Of a stretch of 64,000 nt of DNA, positions 49,002 through 61,976 are shown piece after piece. The position numbers were made by a program, and so were the translations under genes. The notes under the pieces are model-generated. The model did no database searches, was not told where the DNA came from, and saw only the letters and a list, made by a program, of their open reading frames with translations. The stretch is from Vairimorpha necatrix (taxonomy: Eukaryota): positions 62,001 to 126,000 of the forward strand of contig CP142727.1 in assembly GCA_036630325.1 (NCBI GenBank), in the 5' to 3' direction. Position 1 is the stretch's first letter; every line of letters starts with the position of its first letter.

Positions 49002-49913
49002 ATGGTACAATACATTTTATTTATAATTGGTTTCGGACTAGGAAATGATAATTCAGATTTTATTCCGTGGAGGGGATGGGAAGATCGCCCAAACCATGCG
49101 ATTGCTATACGGGAACCAAAAAATAACGACGTTAACAAATTAGTAACAAAATACTCAGGTCGAAGGTCTTTACTATCTAGAAAAAACTCAACAATCCGAC
49201 CAATTAAAAATAATTTGAAAAAAACCTATCATGTTGAGATAATAGAATTATTAAGATTTGTTAATAAAACAAAGCATGATGTACTTTTGGAGAAAAGCAC
49301 GTCTGAAAACAATAACTATTATGATCGACGTATTGAATGTTTCGATAGCCTTTTGCAACAGTGGGAGAATGAAAAAATAGAGATAAAGGTTATGTCAAAA
49401 AGATATGAATTTCGTGATCATGATATTTACATTAAATATAGACATAATTCGATCGTAAGTAATAGATGGATAGGAAATTATAATGAAATATTGATTAAAT
49501 ACTTGCCGATGATTAAGAACGAAATAGAAGATGCATCAATACAAGGAAGTGTTAAACGATTATTATTAGAAATTTTGGAGTCTATTTCACGCGCAATGAT
49601 ATATTTTGTCAAATTAGAGACTAAATATTTAAATTACAAATATGACTACAAAAGGATAGTAATTTACTATAGTTTGTTGATTTATAGATTACCATATCTA
49701 TTTGACTATTTCGATTTAGTTGGGAAATTTATTGAAGTATATGAAAAAATAATAGATCAGTATATTAAAAAAAACCTCAAGTCTAACGACATGATGACGA
49801 ATTTTATCACGTTGTCCAAAAAAATTACCTACTTAACTAAACATCGCAATAATTATTTATTAAGAATAAAAAATAACCTTACATTTCTTAAGAATATAAA
49901 AGAAATAAATTAG
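49002..49913 (+). CDS. Secreted multigene-family protein, copy 3 (subfamily A)
   Basis: Signal MVQYILFIIGFGLG, PWRGWED, FDSLLQQWEN, ISRAMIYF and RLPYLFDYF. CCC motif. Confidence 0.88.
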   Translation: MVQYILFIIGFGLGNDNSDFIPWRGWEDRPNHAIAIREPKNNDVNKLVTKYSGRRSLLSRKNSTIRPIKNNLKKTYHVEIIELLRFVNKTKHDVLLEKSTSENNNYYDRRIECFDSLLQQWENEKIEIKVMSKRYEFRDHDIYIKYRHNSIVSNRWIGNYNEILIKYLPMIKNEIEDASIQGSVKRLLLEILESISRAMIYFVKLETKYLNYKYDYKRIVIYYSLLIYRLPYLFDYFDLVGKFIEVYEKIIDQYIKKNLKSNDMMTNFITLSKKITYLTKHRNNYLLRIKNNLTFLKNIKEIN

Positions 49914-52174
49914 TATAATTTGTTTAATATTTATAGATTTTTTTTCTTACATAAGCTTAAAGGAACATTTATAATTTATTACAAACAAATTTGTTTATAT
50001 TATAATTTTGGGATAATTTATGTATACGTATTTTTTTTTAATTTATGTGAATATGTACTAAAATGAGATCCAAAACAATTCTATAATCTCATATGCGTTT
50101 TGTATTTATATCATTTTTTAATATTATGAGCATTTAATGTGCTATTGCTTTTGTTATTGAGATGCATACATATGATTTTTAGATTAGATGCAAACATAAA
50201 CATTTTTATTAAAAATTTTATCAAAGCTTTTTGAATTTTATGATTCCAAAGTTTTAGAATTAATTTCATAAAAATAAAAAACTCGTTCAATGGAGCAATG
50301 ATAAAGGTTAAAGTCAACAGTTTACACTATTTTGACTCTCAAAAAACTGAAGATTTCGAAGCATATTTCCCAAATACTGATCAATATAGAATTATTTATA
50401 TAATTTAATAATACATAGAATTTTAATTGATTGCTTTAAGAATAGTATATATATCAATCGCTGAAACTAGAATGACTAAAAATACAATCTAATGAAAAAA
50501 AATCTCGTAAAATATAAATCCATATCAGTAATATTATGTTTTTATGCAAAGTAAGAGCTCCAAATTTTTGCGTTGAACAATTAAAAATACAAGAATCTAG
50601 TCTTATACTTAAATTTAAATTGTAAAATGAATCCAAAATAAACAGACAAAACAGATAGTTTGTAACATCGAAGATAGCTTTACAAAATTGCAGTGCAATA
50701 GACGGCCATATTCATTCTAAAGAGACAAGTGAGTACTTTTGAGTTGTCAGAAAAAGAACATTCGTTTTTGAACGATTATTGGGAAGTTATTTAAATATTT
50801 TAAAACATATTTATGGCAACGCGGAGATTTATTGTGAACCTAGAAAAAAAGCATCCGTTTATGAAGTGCGTTGATGATGTTGGTACAATAACTGCAGACG
50901 TAACATAAGCTTATATTCAAATTTATCAGTTTTTATGAAAAAAATGGGTTGTATGATGAACACCTATAAAATAAAGTATAAAATTGTGCAAAAGATTTTC
51001 TTATCCTATTGTATTCTGGTCGTATTGCATCTTCTTATGAGCCATAGTTTCTAATTTACATCTTTTATATAATTTATTTATTTCATATAACGTAATTTAT
51101 TTAGATTTGTTCATAGATAATAATTATTTTTATATATATATGTAAAACAATATGAAAGAAAAATGAATAAAAATTAGAACTTAATAAGAAGGTTTGTAAG
51201 CTTACTCAATAAAATCACCTATAAAAAATCTAAAATAATTTGATATACTAAATTTGGTACTTAAAATTCTTTTTTTAAATATTTACCTTCTCTATTTGTG
51301 CTTAACACATTTATTTTTCTGCTGTTGACTTGCTATTTTTTTAGAAATTAGAACTTTGATGTTTCGTTAGACCATTTGTGCATGAATGCCACATATTTAT
51401 ATCATTGATCATATTTTAGCTTATAGAATATAATGAGTACTAATTTTTAATCAATAAACCTAATGTTCATTACAAAAAGAAATCATTTTTACACTTTCTT
51501 TGCCCTTCTACGTCATTATATTAATTTACACTGAATATATGTTCAACAATACTTAATTAAGTATTTTACTGATAGACTATGCTCCACATGTCCTATTACA
51601 TCATACTTCGCTTTTGGCATACACATAATCTCTGTGACTTATACTTTTACGTTTAAAATCTTTAAATACAAAATATAATGGCGGTTTATGCATGTTAGTA
51701 CTATATGTTATTTGATAGTATTATCTCTAACTACCACATTGCATTGGTTTTTTGGTTTAGCTTTTATATAGCTTAAATTATTTTTTCTCAAGTCTCAACT
51801 TTTTTCTTATATGTGTTATTGAGATTATTTAAAAACCTCAAGACAATTAATAACGCAAACTAGCGTGATTAATAAACTTATTCATATATTTTTGATAAAT
51901 AGGGTATTAAAATTTAATTTATTTTATTGTCGCATAAAACTTCGGACATGATTTATGGTAAATCTTGTTTTTAGAAATATTAGCAATTGTTGGTATATGA
52001 AAATTAAAAGCCAAAATTTTTATGTCATAATTGATCGACTTCATTGTAACATATATTATAGTTCAAAACTATTTTATGCAACGAATATTAGATTATCTGG
52101 AATATTTCTTTAGTAAAATACTACTTTTACCCAAAAAAAATATTAAAAAGGAAAATAATTCTAAACCCCCTATA

Positions 52175-53092
52175 ATGTTGCTATATATTTTATTAGTTGT
52201 TAGTTCCAAATTTGCTGATAATAATCAGCTGATCTCACATAATGATGCCAAAAAACAATATAAGAAAAAGAAATTCGTCAATATTGATTTTATCGATAAA
52301 AAGAACGAAATTATTGAGACTCAAAAAAAAATAACTAGTAAAAGATCTTGTTTAAGTCTAAAAAGAACTAAAAATATTAAAAGGCCTATTCCCAAAGTTA
52401 AAATAGTAGAATTGTCTGAGATAGAAAGTTTTGTTGTTTTCATGAAAACACAATATCATAAAAATAATAATTCTGTTACAGAGGAAAACACGCTCAATGA
52501 TGAAGAAAAACTGAATCTTTTTAATAATTTTTTAATTTTGTGGGAGAAACAGAAACTAGAATTAAAAGGTACACTTGTAAATTGGAAATTTTATAGTAAA
52601 GACAAATATAGTGAATATAAAAATTGTTATATAAGAAACAGCAAATGGATTAAAAATTATAGCGAAATAATAAAAAAATATTTCCCGCAGATTGAATGCG
52701 AATTAGAAAAAGCTCCAATAGATGAAATGTCTAAAAAATTAATAACAGAAAATTTAAAATCTATCTCCAGAGCTATGACCTATTTCGAAGGGTTATTTCC
52801 TAAGTACATACATTATGGATTGCATGCGAATTTATTGAAAGCTTTATATAAATTGATAATTGAAAGATTTCCCCTCCTTTTTGACTATTTTAATATAACT
52901 GAAAGATTTATAAATTTTTATGAAATTATAATAAATCAGCATATTAGAAAAGTGCGGGATTCAAACGATTTGAAAATTATTTTAAAAAAAATGTCTAATA
53001 ATTTGACAAAAATGTTGTTTTCTTATAAAAACTATATACATGGTGCCAAAGAAATTTTAATATTGCTCGGAGATCTTGAAACTTCCAATTAA
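52175..53092 (+). CDS. Secreted multigene-family protein, copy 4 (subfamily B)
   Basis: The real start MLLYILLVVSS at 52175 follows CCCCCTATA. It contains LNDEEKLNLFNNFLILW, ISRAMTYF and ERFPLLFDYFNI. Confidence 0.88.
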   Translation: MLLYILLVVSSKFADNNQLISHNDAKKQYKKKKFVNIDFIDKKNEIIETQKKITSKRSCLSLKRTKNIKRPIPKVKIVELSEIESFVVFMKTQYHKNNNSVTEENTLNDEEKLNLFNNFLILWEKQKLELKGTLVNWKFYSKDKYSEYKNCYIRNSKWIKNYSEIIKKYFPQIECELEKAPIDEMSKKLITENLKSISRAMTYFEGLFPKYIHYGLHANLLKALYKLIIERFPLLFDYFNITERFINFYEIIINQHIRKVRDSNDLKIILKKMSNNLTKMLFSYKNYIHGAKEILILLGDLETSN

Positions 53093-54166
53093 ATATTTTT
53101 AATCAAACAATAGTCATTTTGTCTAATTTTTCAACTTAAATATAAACTTTGGTCATGCTAATTATTGTTACATAAATAAGTCATATTATTAAATCATGAA
53201 ATCACTTTAAATAATCTCTCATATGTATTCTGTTGAATTTTAGATGACCAGTTAGAAATGTGTAGAATATGCACATTGTTTTATATAAATCATTTACTAG
53301 ATATTTATCGATGACCATTAAGACTGGGCATAAAAAGCGAATGTGTTAATCTAGCGGAACAAATATGCCTCATTATTTGAATACAATAATACACAAATAA
53401 AAAATGCGATTTATATTTGCATCACCAAATGCAATTTAAGTACTGCATCTTAATAAAAAATTCATTGACTATAATTACATATTTTATGCCTTTACTCATG
53501 TGCAAATTACTTGAACTCAAATAAAAATTTTAAGATAGCATTTTATGGCCTACATGTTTTCATCTTTATATGTGTCATAGCCTGATGCTATGTCAAGAAT
53601 TTTTGATATTTAATTTTTATTAAAAATTTCATTAATCATATTTTACAAAAATATTTAAATAAAAGTTTTAAAAGAAGGGTAAGATAAAATGAGAAGAGAA
53701 GCATTCAATCAATAGAGGGACAGACTAGGACAAGGGCCAAGATACAATGAATATAACAATTTTTAAAATAAAAGTATTATAAGTAAAATTGAAAACTATT
53801 TTAAAGACGGGTGTTATGCCCTGGGCATGACATATAGAACCATAGATTTCCATATTCGGACATAGATGTTCTACCTTTTATGCAAATATTTAAAACATCA
53901 AAGTTTTTTTAGTAAAAAAATGCGAATTTGTTTCTTTGACTTACTACCTAGGTTTTTTTTAAATAAAATAATATTTATGAAGCATAAAGGGATTGAAATA
54001 CTACATACTAAAAAACATACCCATTATTTTTAATTTCATTTTATTCTAGACCCAACCTTTTATGAATCAATGTGATAATATAATAAGGACCTACAAATAA
54101 CAAAATGTTACTTGGAATACTTTGCAATTTTGTTCCTATAATGTAGCTTTTTTTTCTCCTTGTCTA

Positions 54167-54942
54167 GGTGCTCTTAGCACAGTGGTAGAATGCAATGCTT
54201 CCATTGAGCAATGGCTGGGTTCGATTCCCAGGGTAGGGTAACCTAAATGGTTCTATTTTTTATGATGAAGTTGAATTAACTAAGATGATGAAAATGTCTA
54301 CGATAATCATTATGTTGTTTCAATGAAAATTTTATGCGCCTAGCCGTAACGGATTAGCGTTTAGTGTAGAAACGCATATTTAGACCAGATGACAGTATCC
54401 TTCTTTGGTAAATTAATATTTTAAAAAAATTTTGGAGTGTACAAGCTAGTTAATTTTTATGTCTGATGCCTTCTAGAATAGGATTCTATATCTAACTATG
54501 AGACTAGGCGAGGTAAAGTGATAGATATCGTAAACCTTATCTTGCAGATTCAAACACGGAGGCCAAAACTAGTGGGAGGATGGTGCTCAACGCAGCATAA
54601 TAAAAAGTTGAGTCGGTGATGTGGCTGTGTAAGGAGACGTGTGTACGACACAGATGATCGCAAGTACCTTTGAGCTATTAAATGATGTTTATCTTATACT
54701 ATTTAAACCATGCGTGCTGTTTATCCGCCGTGTGATCACTCTGGACAGGATTTAAAGTTTAAATTTAAAAAATTCTTTGGATCTAAAGTCCAATGGATAT
54801 GGCGGGGGTTGCTGCCTCGGCAAGTTATACGGAGGGAATATTTAGTGACGAATCTCTTGATACAAGTGCGATAAAGATCACTCCCTAATCCCTCTTGTTC
54901 CTATGTAACGTTTCTCATACCTCTTAATTTCAAAGAAAAAAA
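54167..54942 (+). mobile_element. tRNA-derived SINE, diverged copy 2
   Basis: The head matches copy 1 at 64/65 nt. The body is collinear with copy 1 to the A-rich end (e.g. AAACTAGTGGGAG, GGTGATGTGG, AAAGTCCAATGGATA, CCTATGTAA). No clear TSD. Confidence 0.88.
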
Positions 54943-56078
54943 CAAAATTATAATAGTTCTGTATTCTATTGATAAAATATATTGTTTGATTAATATTAAC
55001 ATTATTCATTACCCGGCCACTAAAATTAAATTCTTTTTATGATACGCTACATGCCAAAGTTTAAAGTTTTTATAGATTTCTAGAATAGTTGTTTATGCTC
55101 ATCTAATTTGTTGATTTCATTGATAATATTTTTCGAAGTTTTATGCCTACTTTCAATAATTTTTCAAAAATTTACATTTTTTATTTTTTTTTGTAGCTCT
55201 ACTTATTTTTGTAATCTTAATTTTGTAAATAATGCATTTAAAATGTTTACTTTACATAAAAAGAAAATAAAATTGATTTTGATTTTTACAATTTTTCGGA
55301 ACATTATTCATGAAAATATTGCAAAAAACGGTGATCGGATATCTATGCGATATTTTTACACCATTCAGCTCATTTTTTACTTTTTGAATGTTTTCTGCAA
55401 TGTTAGAAGTCCCTCAATTTTTTTACAATTATTCACTTAGTTATATTTGAACTTTATTGCAAGTTTATCAGAATCGAAACTTTATTCTAGTCTAAGTTTT
55501 AATTATTTATATAAATTTTATACTTCCCGTCCCATGTCTTCTCGTAAGAAATTATATTTGTCTTGTATTTATAGAGAGATCGTTGATGTTTCAACATCAA
55601 ATTGAACAATTTAAATTTTCGACTTCAATAAGCAAAGATATTTGAATGATTTAATTCCACCTTAGTAATATAATTCTTTTTTATTTCATCTACTCAAATA
55701 AATTATACTTACAAAAATGAAAAAAAAAATTTTATCCTTTAATGGTGTTTTTTACTAAAAAAAAGTAGTATTAGTTGGCATTTTACTTTATAATAGTGAG
55801 GATGTGACACTTTAGATATATTTAATATTTTTTTGTTAATTTGCTAGGCTGTAAGGTTATACTATTGTGCATCGTAATTTTTACATAATCTGATTAATAA
55901 AGGAGCAGGTCTTTTTTTATTAAAAAAACTTTCTTCATCAATTAATTTATTTAAGCCAAATTATACCTTTTATTTTTGCATTTCATACATAGAAATTTGA
56001 CTAATGAAGCTAAAGAAACAAAATATAAATTCTATATATTAATGCTTTTTAGTTATCTTCTTGATTATTTTTTATTGT

Positions 56079-56827
56079 TGTTAAAGACAATTGTAAGTTA
56101 AGGGTTAAATTTATTAAATCTATATTCTCAACATCCCCGCTCTAAATTCAGAATTGGGCGATAAATTATCTTTACTACTTCCTACGCCTACTACTGGGCT
56201 CTCAAAATAAAAGTGCATTTTTATGTTAACTGACCATGGGCTGCGCTTTACTCTACCGCGTCTTACAATCCCTTCTAGTATTGGTCTTCGAGGTACTTTT
56301 TTTCCTTGTTTTTTTTACATGTAGTCTATGGGCATGTGATTATTCTTTACACATGTCTTCCCAACAATGAAATCGAATTTTTTCCGTCTATCTCATTCTT
56401 CGACTATAACACAGTTTCTTTTTGATTTTCTTCTCTTTTTAAATCTCTCTGGATTTTTGAACACTATTGGTTCAACTATCTTGCCACGATAGCTTTAATG
56501 TGAATAGTGGGATTACCACCACACTCAATCTCGACAACTCTTATGCCAGTTCTTATTACAGTCAATACTGTTTCTCCATAGCTCTTTATAGCTACTTTAC
56601 GTCTTCACCTATCCAAGTCCCTCGACTGATGCAAGCCATCACCTTCTCTTCTGTTAGACAACCAACCATCCCCTTTCTAACCTAGACTGCATTTTTTTAC
56701 GTCTCCTGCTTCGACGGAACTTACGATCTCTTCTTTTGTTTTTGTTTGGGTTCAATAATTTTATTCTCCACCATGTTAAAGACAATTGTAAGTTAAATTT
56801 AAATTTATTAAATCTATATTCTCAACA
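56079..56827 (-). mobile_element. TRIM-like non-autonomous LTR element with ~55-bp LTRs
   Basis: TG...CA direct repeats at 56079-56133 and 56774-56827, 5-bp TSD ATTGT, PBS TGGTGGAGAAT directly after the 5' LTR, and PPT AGAGCGGGGA before the 3' LTR. Confidence 0.88.
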
Positions 56828-57673
56828 ATTGTAATTTTTGGATAAAAAATGTTTTAGCAATAAATTCAGAAAAATGATAATATATGGTTTATTTCTGTCT
56901 TAAATTTGATGTAATCAAATATATAATACAATTATTATATTGTATTGTTTTATATTTTTCTCTCAATATTTTATTAAGATCTAGAATTTTTAAAATAAAT
57001 GTAAGGTCTATTTATAACTTTATACAATTGAGCACTTAAACTTTAATTTTTGTTAAGTACAATTCTAAACTTTTAAGATTGTAAACTCAATGGCGATTAT
57101 ATGCTTTCTTGATCTACAAGATAATAAAATTAAGTGTAAAAAAATTTATTACAAAATAGCATGAGATTATGAATTAAGAACTCTTTGTATAAATAGAAGG
57201 TTATATTTGTCACTATGTAGAATTATTTGGTTATTTCTAGAAGCATAATTACAAAAAGTTAAAAGAATTGTCTTTTGCCTTTCGAATACAAAATCAGCTC
57301 TTTAAACTTTAAAATTACGTAAATCAATATATGATTTACCAAATTTATAATATAGTATCAAATAAACACAATCTTTCATTATATAGAATATGTTATATTT
57401 TCGATCACAGGACGGCATTGTAATAAACAATAGAATCAAAGCATATGTATTTGGTAAATTGTTCTTAATAAAATTTCTAAAAGTATAGATATAGATAGGA
57501 CGGAGGAACAGGATAAAACACAAAAACTTTAAAAATTTGAATATCGGCATCGAAGAACACAATATACACTTATAAAAATACATGTAATTAAGATCTTGCA
57601 CAAATAGATTATTTGTCAATTGAATTAAATTTTTTTATAAAACAGATACAAAGATAAAAGGTTTTATTTTTAA

Positions 57674-58578
57674 ATGTTGGAATATTTTTTATTGATTATT
57701 GATTTCGGACATGGAAATGATAATCTAGAATTTATTCCATGGAGAGAATGGAAATATCAACAAAAAGAAGAAAACGTTAATCAACATTTTGAAAATAACG
57801 ATCTTAATAACAGAGGATCGCAATCAATAGATGAAAATTTCAGTGTCCAAAAATGTAAAACAACAACAAACGGTAAATTGTTTCTTGAAAACTCACAATC
57901 AATCCCATTAAACAAAATAAAAAAGTTTGTTTATTATATGAAACAATACAGTATTCAAAATAATGACATGCTACGTAATATTGATTAATATAACCGTCTC
58001 TTAAAATGCTTTGATAGTCTTTTAGATCAGTGAGGAAATGAAAACTTTGGAATAGAGAGGACTACGATGAATTATATGTTTAATACGAACCCTACATTAA
58101 ATGCAGGTATAACTCCATAATAAGTAATATATGGATGAAAATATATAGTGAAATATTAAACAAATATTTGCCAAATGTTAAAAAGCAAATATAACTTGCT
58201 TTACTATCTACAATGTCTAAACAAAACATAATAGACACTATTAATTCTATTGATAAAGCTATGAGTTACTTTGAAACCTTTATGCCAAAAGATTTAAAGT
58301 AAAAATCTAGATCCAATATGATAATTTTTTATTATAATTTGCTTAAATATAGGTTGTCTTATCTATTCGACTACTTTTACCTGTGTGGAAAATTTACAAA
58401 TTTGTATGAAATTATAACAGACGAATGCATTAGAAATAATGCTAACACCTGTAAAGAGCTAATGACACTTATCAATATATCAGAAAAAAGTGAATTTTTG
58501 CTCAAAGGTCGAGATGATTTTCTAAATCGAATCAAGAAAAGATTAATATACCTAAAAAATTTGAAAGAAATAAACTAG
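57674..58578 (+). pseudogene. Secreted multigene-family pseudogene, copy 5 (subfamily A)
   Basis: MLEYFLLIIDFGHGND..FIPWREW start and RLSYLFDYFYLCGKF...KNLKEIN end. Internal stops (57986, 58031, others) and a frameshift. The CCC motif is absent. Confidence 0.88.
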
Positions 58579-59168
58579 TCGTTTTTATTCTAATATGCAT
58601 TAAAAATAATTTTTTGATGTTTATACTGTGAATACAAATGAAAAATAGCGATTTATATAAAACCAAGACTTTGAATGTTATTATATGATCGCATAATAAA
58701 TAAGAACAAATTTTTTAAAAAAAAAAGAAAAAAGATAATTGCGTGTCAATATTAGTATTTAATATAATTATAATGCTTCATAGACACAATATTACTATAT
58801 ACATTCATGTGCGCAAAATATAGAGAAAAATCGCGGAGGATATAAGCGCTAAAAATACAAGGGATTCGGCTCTATAATGTTACAATAAAGATGGATTATG
58901 AATAACTACAAAAGTCTTTAGGGTAGATCAATCAAACTTCTAAGTTTCCTAATGACTAAAAATACATATGGATACTCTCACTTTAGACCAACTAAAATGT
59001 TGTTTTAAAAAAGATGAAAACGAAAATATTTAAAAAAGAAATATAAAGAGATAAATTCTTTACATCAAAGCCTTTTTAAAATTAAGCTCACGTAAGGTGC
59101 ATAATTGTTATTAAATAGTTTATTTATTTATCTTTAAAATTAATTGTATGCTTATTTGCTAAATGAGT

Positions 59169-60209
59169 GGCGCTTCTCCGTTTTGCTGCCCCATTTTTTT
59201 GGGGGCAGCAAAACGGAGAAAAGCAAAAATTTAATAATTTTTATTTTTTTATAAAAGCCCCAAAAATGACAAAAATAAACTTTTATAATTATAGACATCC
59301 TTTGTTTTCCAGTCTTGCCTTATGTAAAGACTACATGATAGAGACTGGAATTATTAATTTGATTAGACGATGTGGTTCTTGTGATCATATTGTTGCAAAG
59401 CTTACAATATTATTGGAAAGGGAAAGGAAAGATTAGTTTATAGGTGTATGAGAGAAGAATGCAGGGCAAAAAAAAAAGCTTTTTACCTGGCATTAAATTA
59501 TCATTTAAAATTATCTTTTTGTTGTGTTCTTGCTCCTTTTTAACAGCAATTATAGATTAATTAAATGTTTAATGTGTGTGTCAAATGACACTATTTTAAT
59601 AAATAAAGCTTAAATTGAGGGAATATATTAGAAAGAAATTTGAAACCGATTGCAAAATCGGTGGATCGGGAGTTCAAGTTGATAAAACTGTACTGTGTAG
59701 AAGAGGAACTATTAGAGTTCCATCTAGAGCAGATGATGGAATTAAAGATACTGTATGGATTTTGGGGTTAATAGAAGCTGTAGATAGAAAAAATATTTGT
59801 ATAGTACAAGTTCCGGATCGAAAAATAAATACTTTAACAAATATAATTGAGATATAGTCTTACCGGGATCATTTCTTATTTCGGATGGCCATCCTAGTTA
59901 TCCCGGTGTAGCAGCAAATCTAAAACTCAAACACATTATTGTAAATCATTCGATAGGATTTACTAATGAAGAAGGTTTTCATACTAATAATATTGAGAAT
60001 TTTTCGTCTGGTATGAAATCTGAAATGACTAAACAGCACGAAGTAAAACGTGTGAATATCGAATCTTGGCTCGAAGAAGTTACTTTTAGAAAAATTTTTT
60101 ATAAATAATGTATATAATAATGAGGAAATGGATGTTCTAATTGATTTTATTAAATTTATTTTTTTTTTGCTGCCCCATTTTTTTTGGGGCAGCAAAACGG
60201 AGAAGCACC
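59169..60209 (+). mobile_element. Merlin (ISXO2) DNA transposon with decayed transposase
   Basis: TIR GGCGCTTCTCCGTTTTGCTGCCCC / GGGGCAGCAAAACGGAGAAGCACC and 8-bp TSD AAATGAGT. Relics KIGGSGVQVD, ISDGHPSYP, VNHSIGF and HTNNIE. The ATG at 59266 follows CCCC. Confidence 0.93.
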
Positions 60210-61106
60210 AAATGAGTTGTTTTTAATATTTTTTTAAAACAGATATTTGCATATGATGCTATAAACTAATGGTATTGAGAATTTTCCTATATATTTATTG
60301 TTTCGAAAAATATACAAAAAGTTGAGTTTACTTTTATGCCCATTTATAGGTTATAATCCTAAAATATATATTAACATTGATATAAAATATCTTTTACTAT
60401 TGATTTGTGTCGCAGATATAAAAAATACATCAAATATATGATTGGCTTTTTATATATATGATAAAAAAGGCCGTCATACGTATTACTGCCTCTTAAAAAT
60501 ATTAAAAAAGTTTTACTGCAATATCGGGTTTTTGGGTCGAATGTTGATGTGGCAAGAATATTTATTTAGAAATTAAGGTGTTTTTAGATGTTTATTTCAG
60601 AGATCTCATGTTTGAATGAGTTCATTTTTGCAACATTTTTATGCTGATATATTGAAGTTTCAACAATACCAGTTTTCCGGTCCCAATTTTAATTGTTTGT
60701 CATTCTTACGATTTAAAGCAAATTAAATCGAATCTACAAAATAAACTTATGGTACGACTGTATCTACTAATACATTAAAATCTATATAAATCATAGTATA
60801 TTTAATTAGTTTTTGTATCTGATGACCTTATGAACTTGTTATTCGTAGAATCATACCAAAAAATGTAGCAATTCGCAAACAATAAGTTTTGCACATCTCC
60901 ACATACATTCCACTTGTACATCTTAGCAATATGAAACATTATTAGGTCAAAAAATAATACCTTGCACTTTATAAGGTATATGGTCAAAAAATATGGATTA
61001 AAAGAAAGAATACTCTATATTTTATTCAACAAGACTTACGATCTATAACTTTCCTTAATCATGAATTTGAAATATAATAAAAGAAGAATATTTATATCCC
61101 CTATTA

Positions 61107-61976
61107 ATGTTTCTATTCATTTTTTTTGTTTTAGGTTCCGACATCGTCGATAATAATCATTTTATTCCTCGTATTTTAGTTTTTAAGTCACAAAAGGAGA
61201 ATGAACATGGCATTGTAACTAAGCTCGAACAAAATAAAGTTAATAATAAAAAAAGTGAAAAAATCATAAGAGAAAGGGATTTTTCAAGTAGAAAAAGTGT
61301 TGTATCTAGCGAATTATCCAATGTAAAAATGAAAAATATTAAATTGTACGATCTAGAAAATTTTGTCTGGTTTATGAAAGCAAAATATATTGAATATCAT
61401 AATGCACATAAAGTTGAGAATAATCTCAATGACAACGAAAAATTGAATCTCTTTAATAATTTTTTAATTTTGTGGAATAGTGAGAAAGTAGATGTAGATG
61501 GTCCATCTGGTTCATACAAATTTCAGAGTAACAAAATATACAATAGGTATAAAAATTTTTGTCGAAAAAATAATATTTGGATAAAATATTATTGTGAAAT
61601 TAACAATAAGTATCTGCCTCAAATTAAAAATGAGATAAAACGGTCTTCGATACAAGATTTTTCTAAAAAAATAATAATAGATAATCTAGAACTTATTTCC
61701 CAAGCTATGGCTTATTTTGAAAAGCTGTTTCCGAAATATTTAAATTACAGACTACACGCCAATTTGTTAAAAACACTATATAAACTAATAATCGAAAGGT
61801 TCCCTCTTCTTTTCGAGTATTTTAATATAATTGAAAGATTTATAGATTTATATGAAATGATCATAAATCAGTGCATAAAAAAAGTTGATGATTCGATCAG
61901 AATAAAATTTATTTTGAAAAAGATGTCTTGTAATATAACTAAAATAATTAATGAACAAGATTTTTTTTTTAAATGA
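61107..61976 (+). CDS. Secreted multigene-family protein, copy 6 (subfamily B); probably extends to 62037 if the T10 run is T9
   Basis: Signal MFLFIFFVLGS, CCCC motif, LNDNEKLNLFNNFLILW and HANLLKTLYKLIIERFPLLF shared with copy 4. Confidence 0.85.
   Translation: MFLFIFFVLGSDIVDNNHFIPRILVFKSQKENEHGIVTKLEQNKVNNKKSEKIIRERDFSSRKSVVSSELSNVKMKNIKLYDLENFVWFMKAKYIEYHNAHKVENNLNDNEKLNLFNNFLILWNSEKVDVDGPSGSYKFQSNKIYNRYKNFCRKNNIWIKYYCEINNKYLPQIKNEIKRSSIQDFSKKIIIDNLELISQAMAYFEKLFPKYLNYRLHANLLKTLYKLIIERFPLLFEYFNIIERFIDLYEMIINQCIKKVDDSIRIKFILKKMSCNITKIINEQDFFFK

Noticed and set aside
50540..50960. Possible second hAT transposase relic
   Set aside because: Only a vague resemblance (LSEKEHSFL...). No TIR, TSD or catalytic motif was found.
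2403..60987. Short ORF-track entries antisense to or overlapping real genes and TEs (e.g. 2403, 5183, 5881, 8975, 10324, 11950, 31092, 35075, 35513, 55108, 57302, 60802)
   Set aside because: These are shadow ORFs or low-complexity AT-rich frames, often with non-ATG starts, no CCC motif and no recognisable domain.
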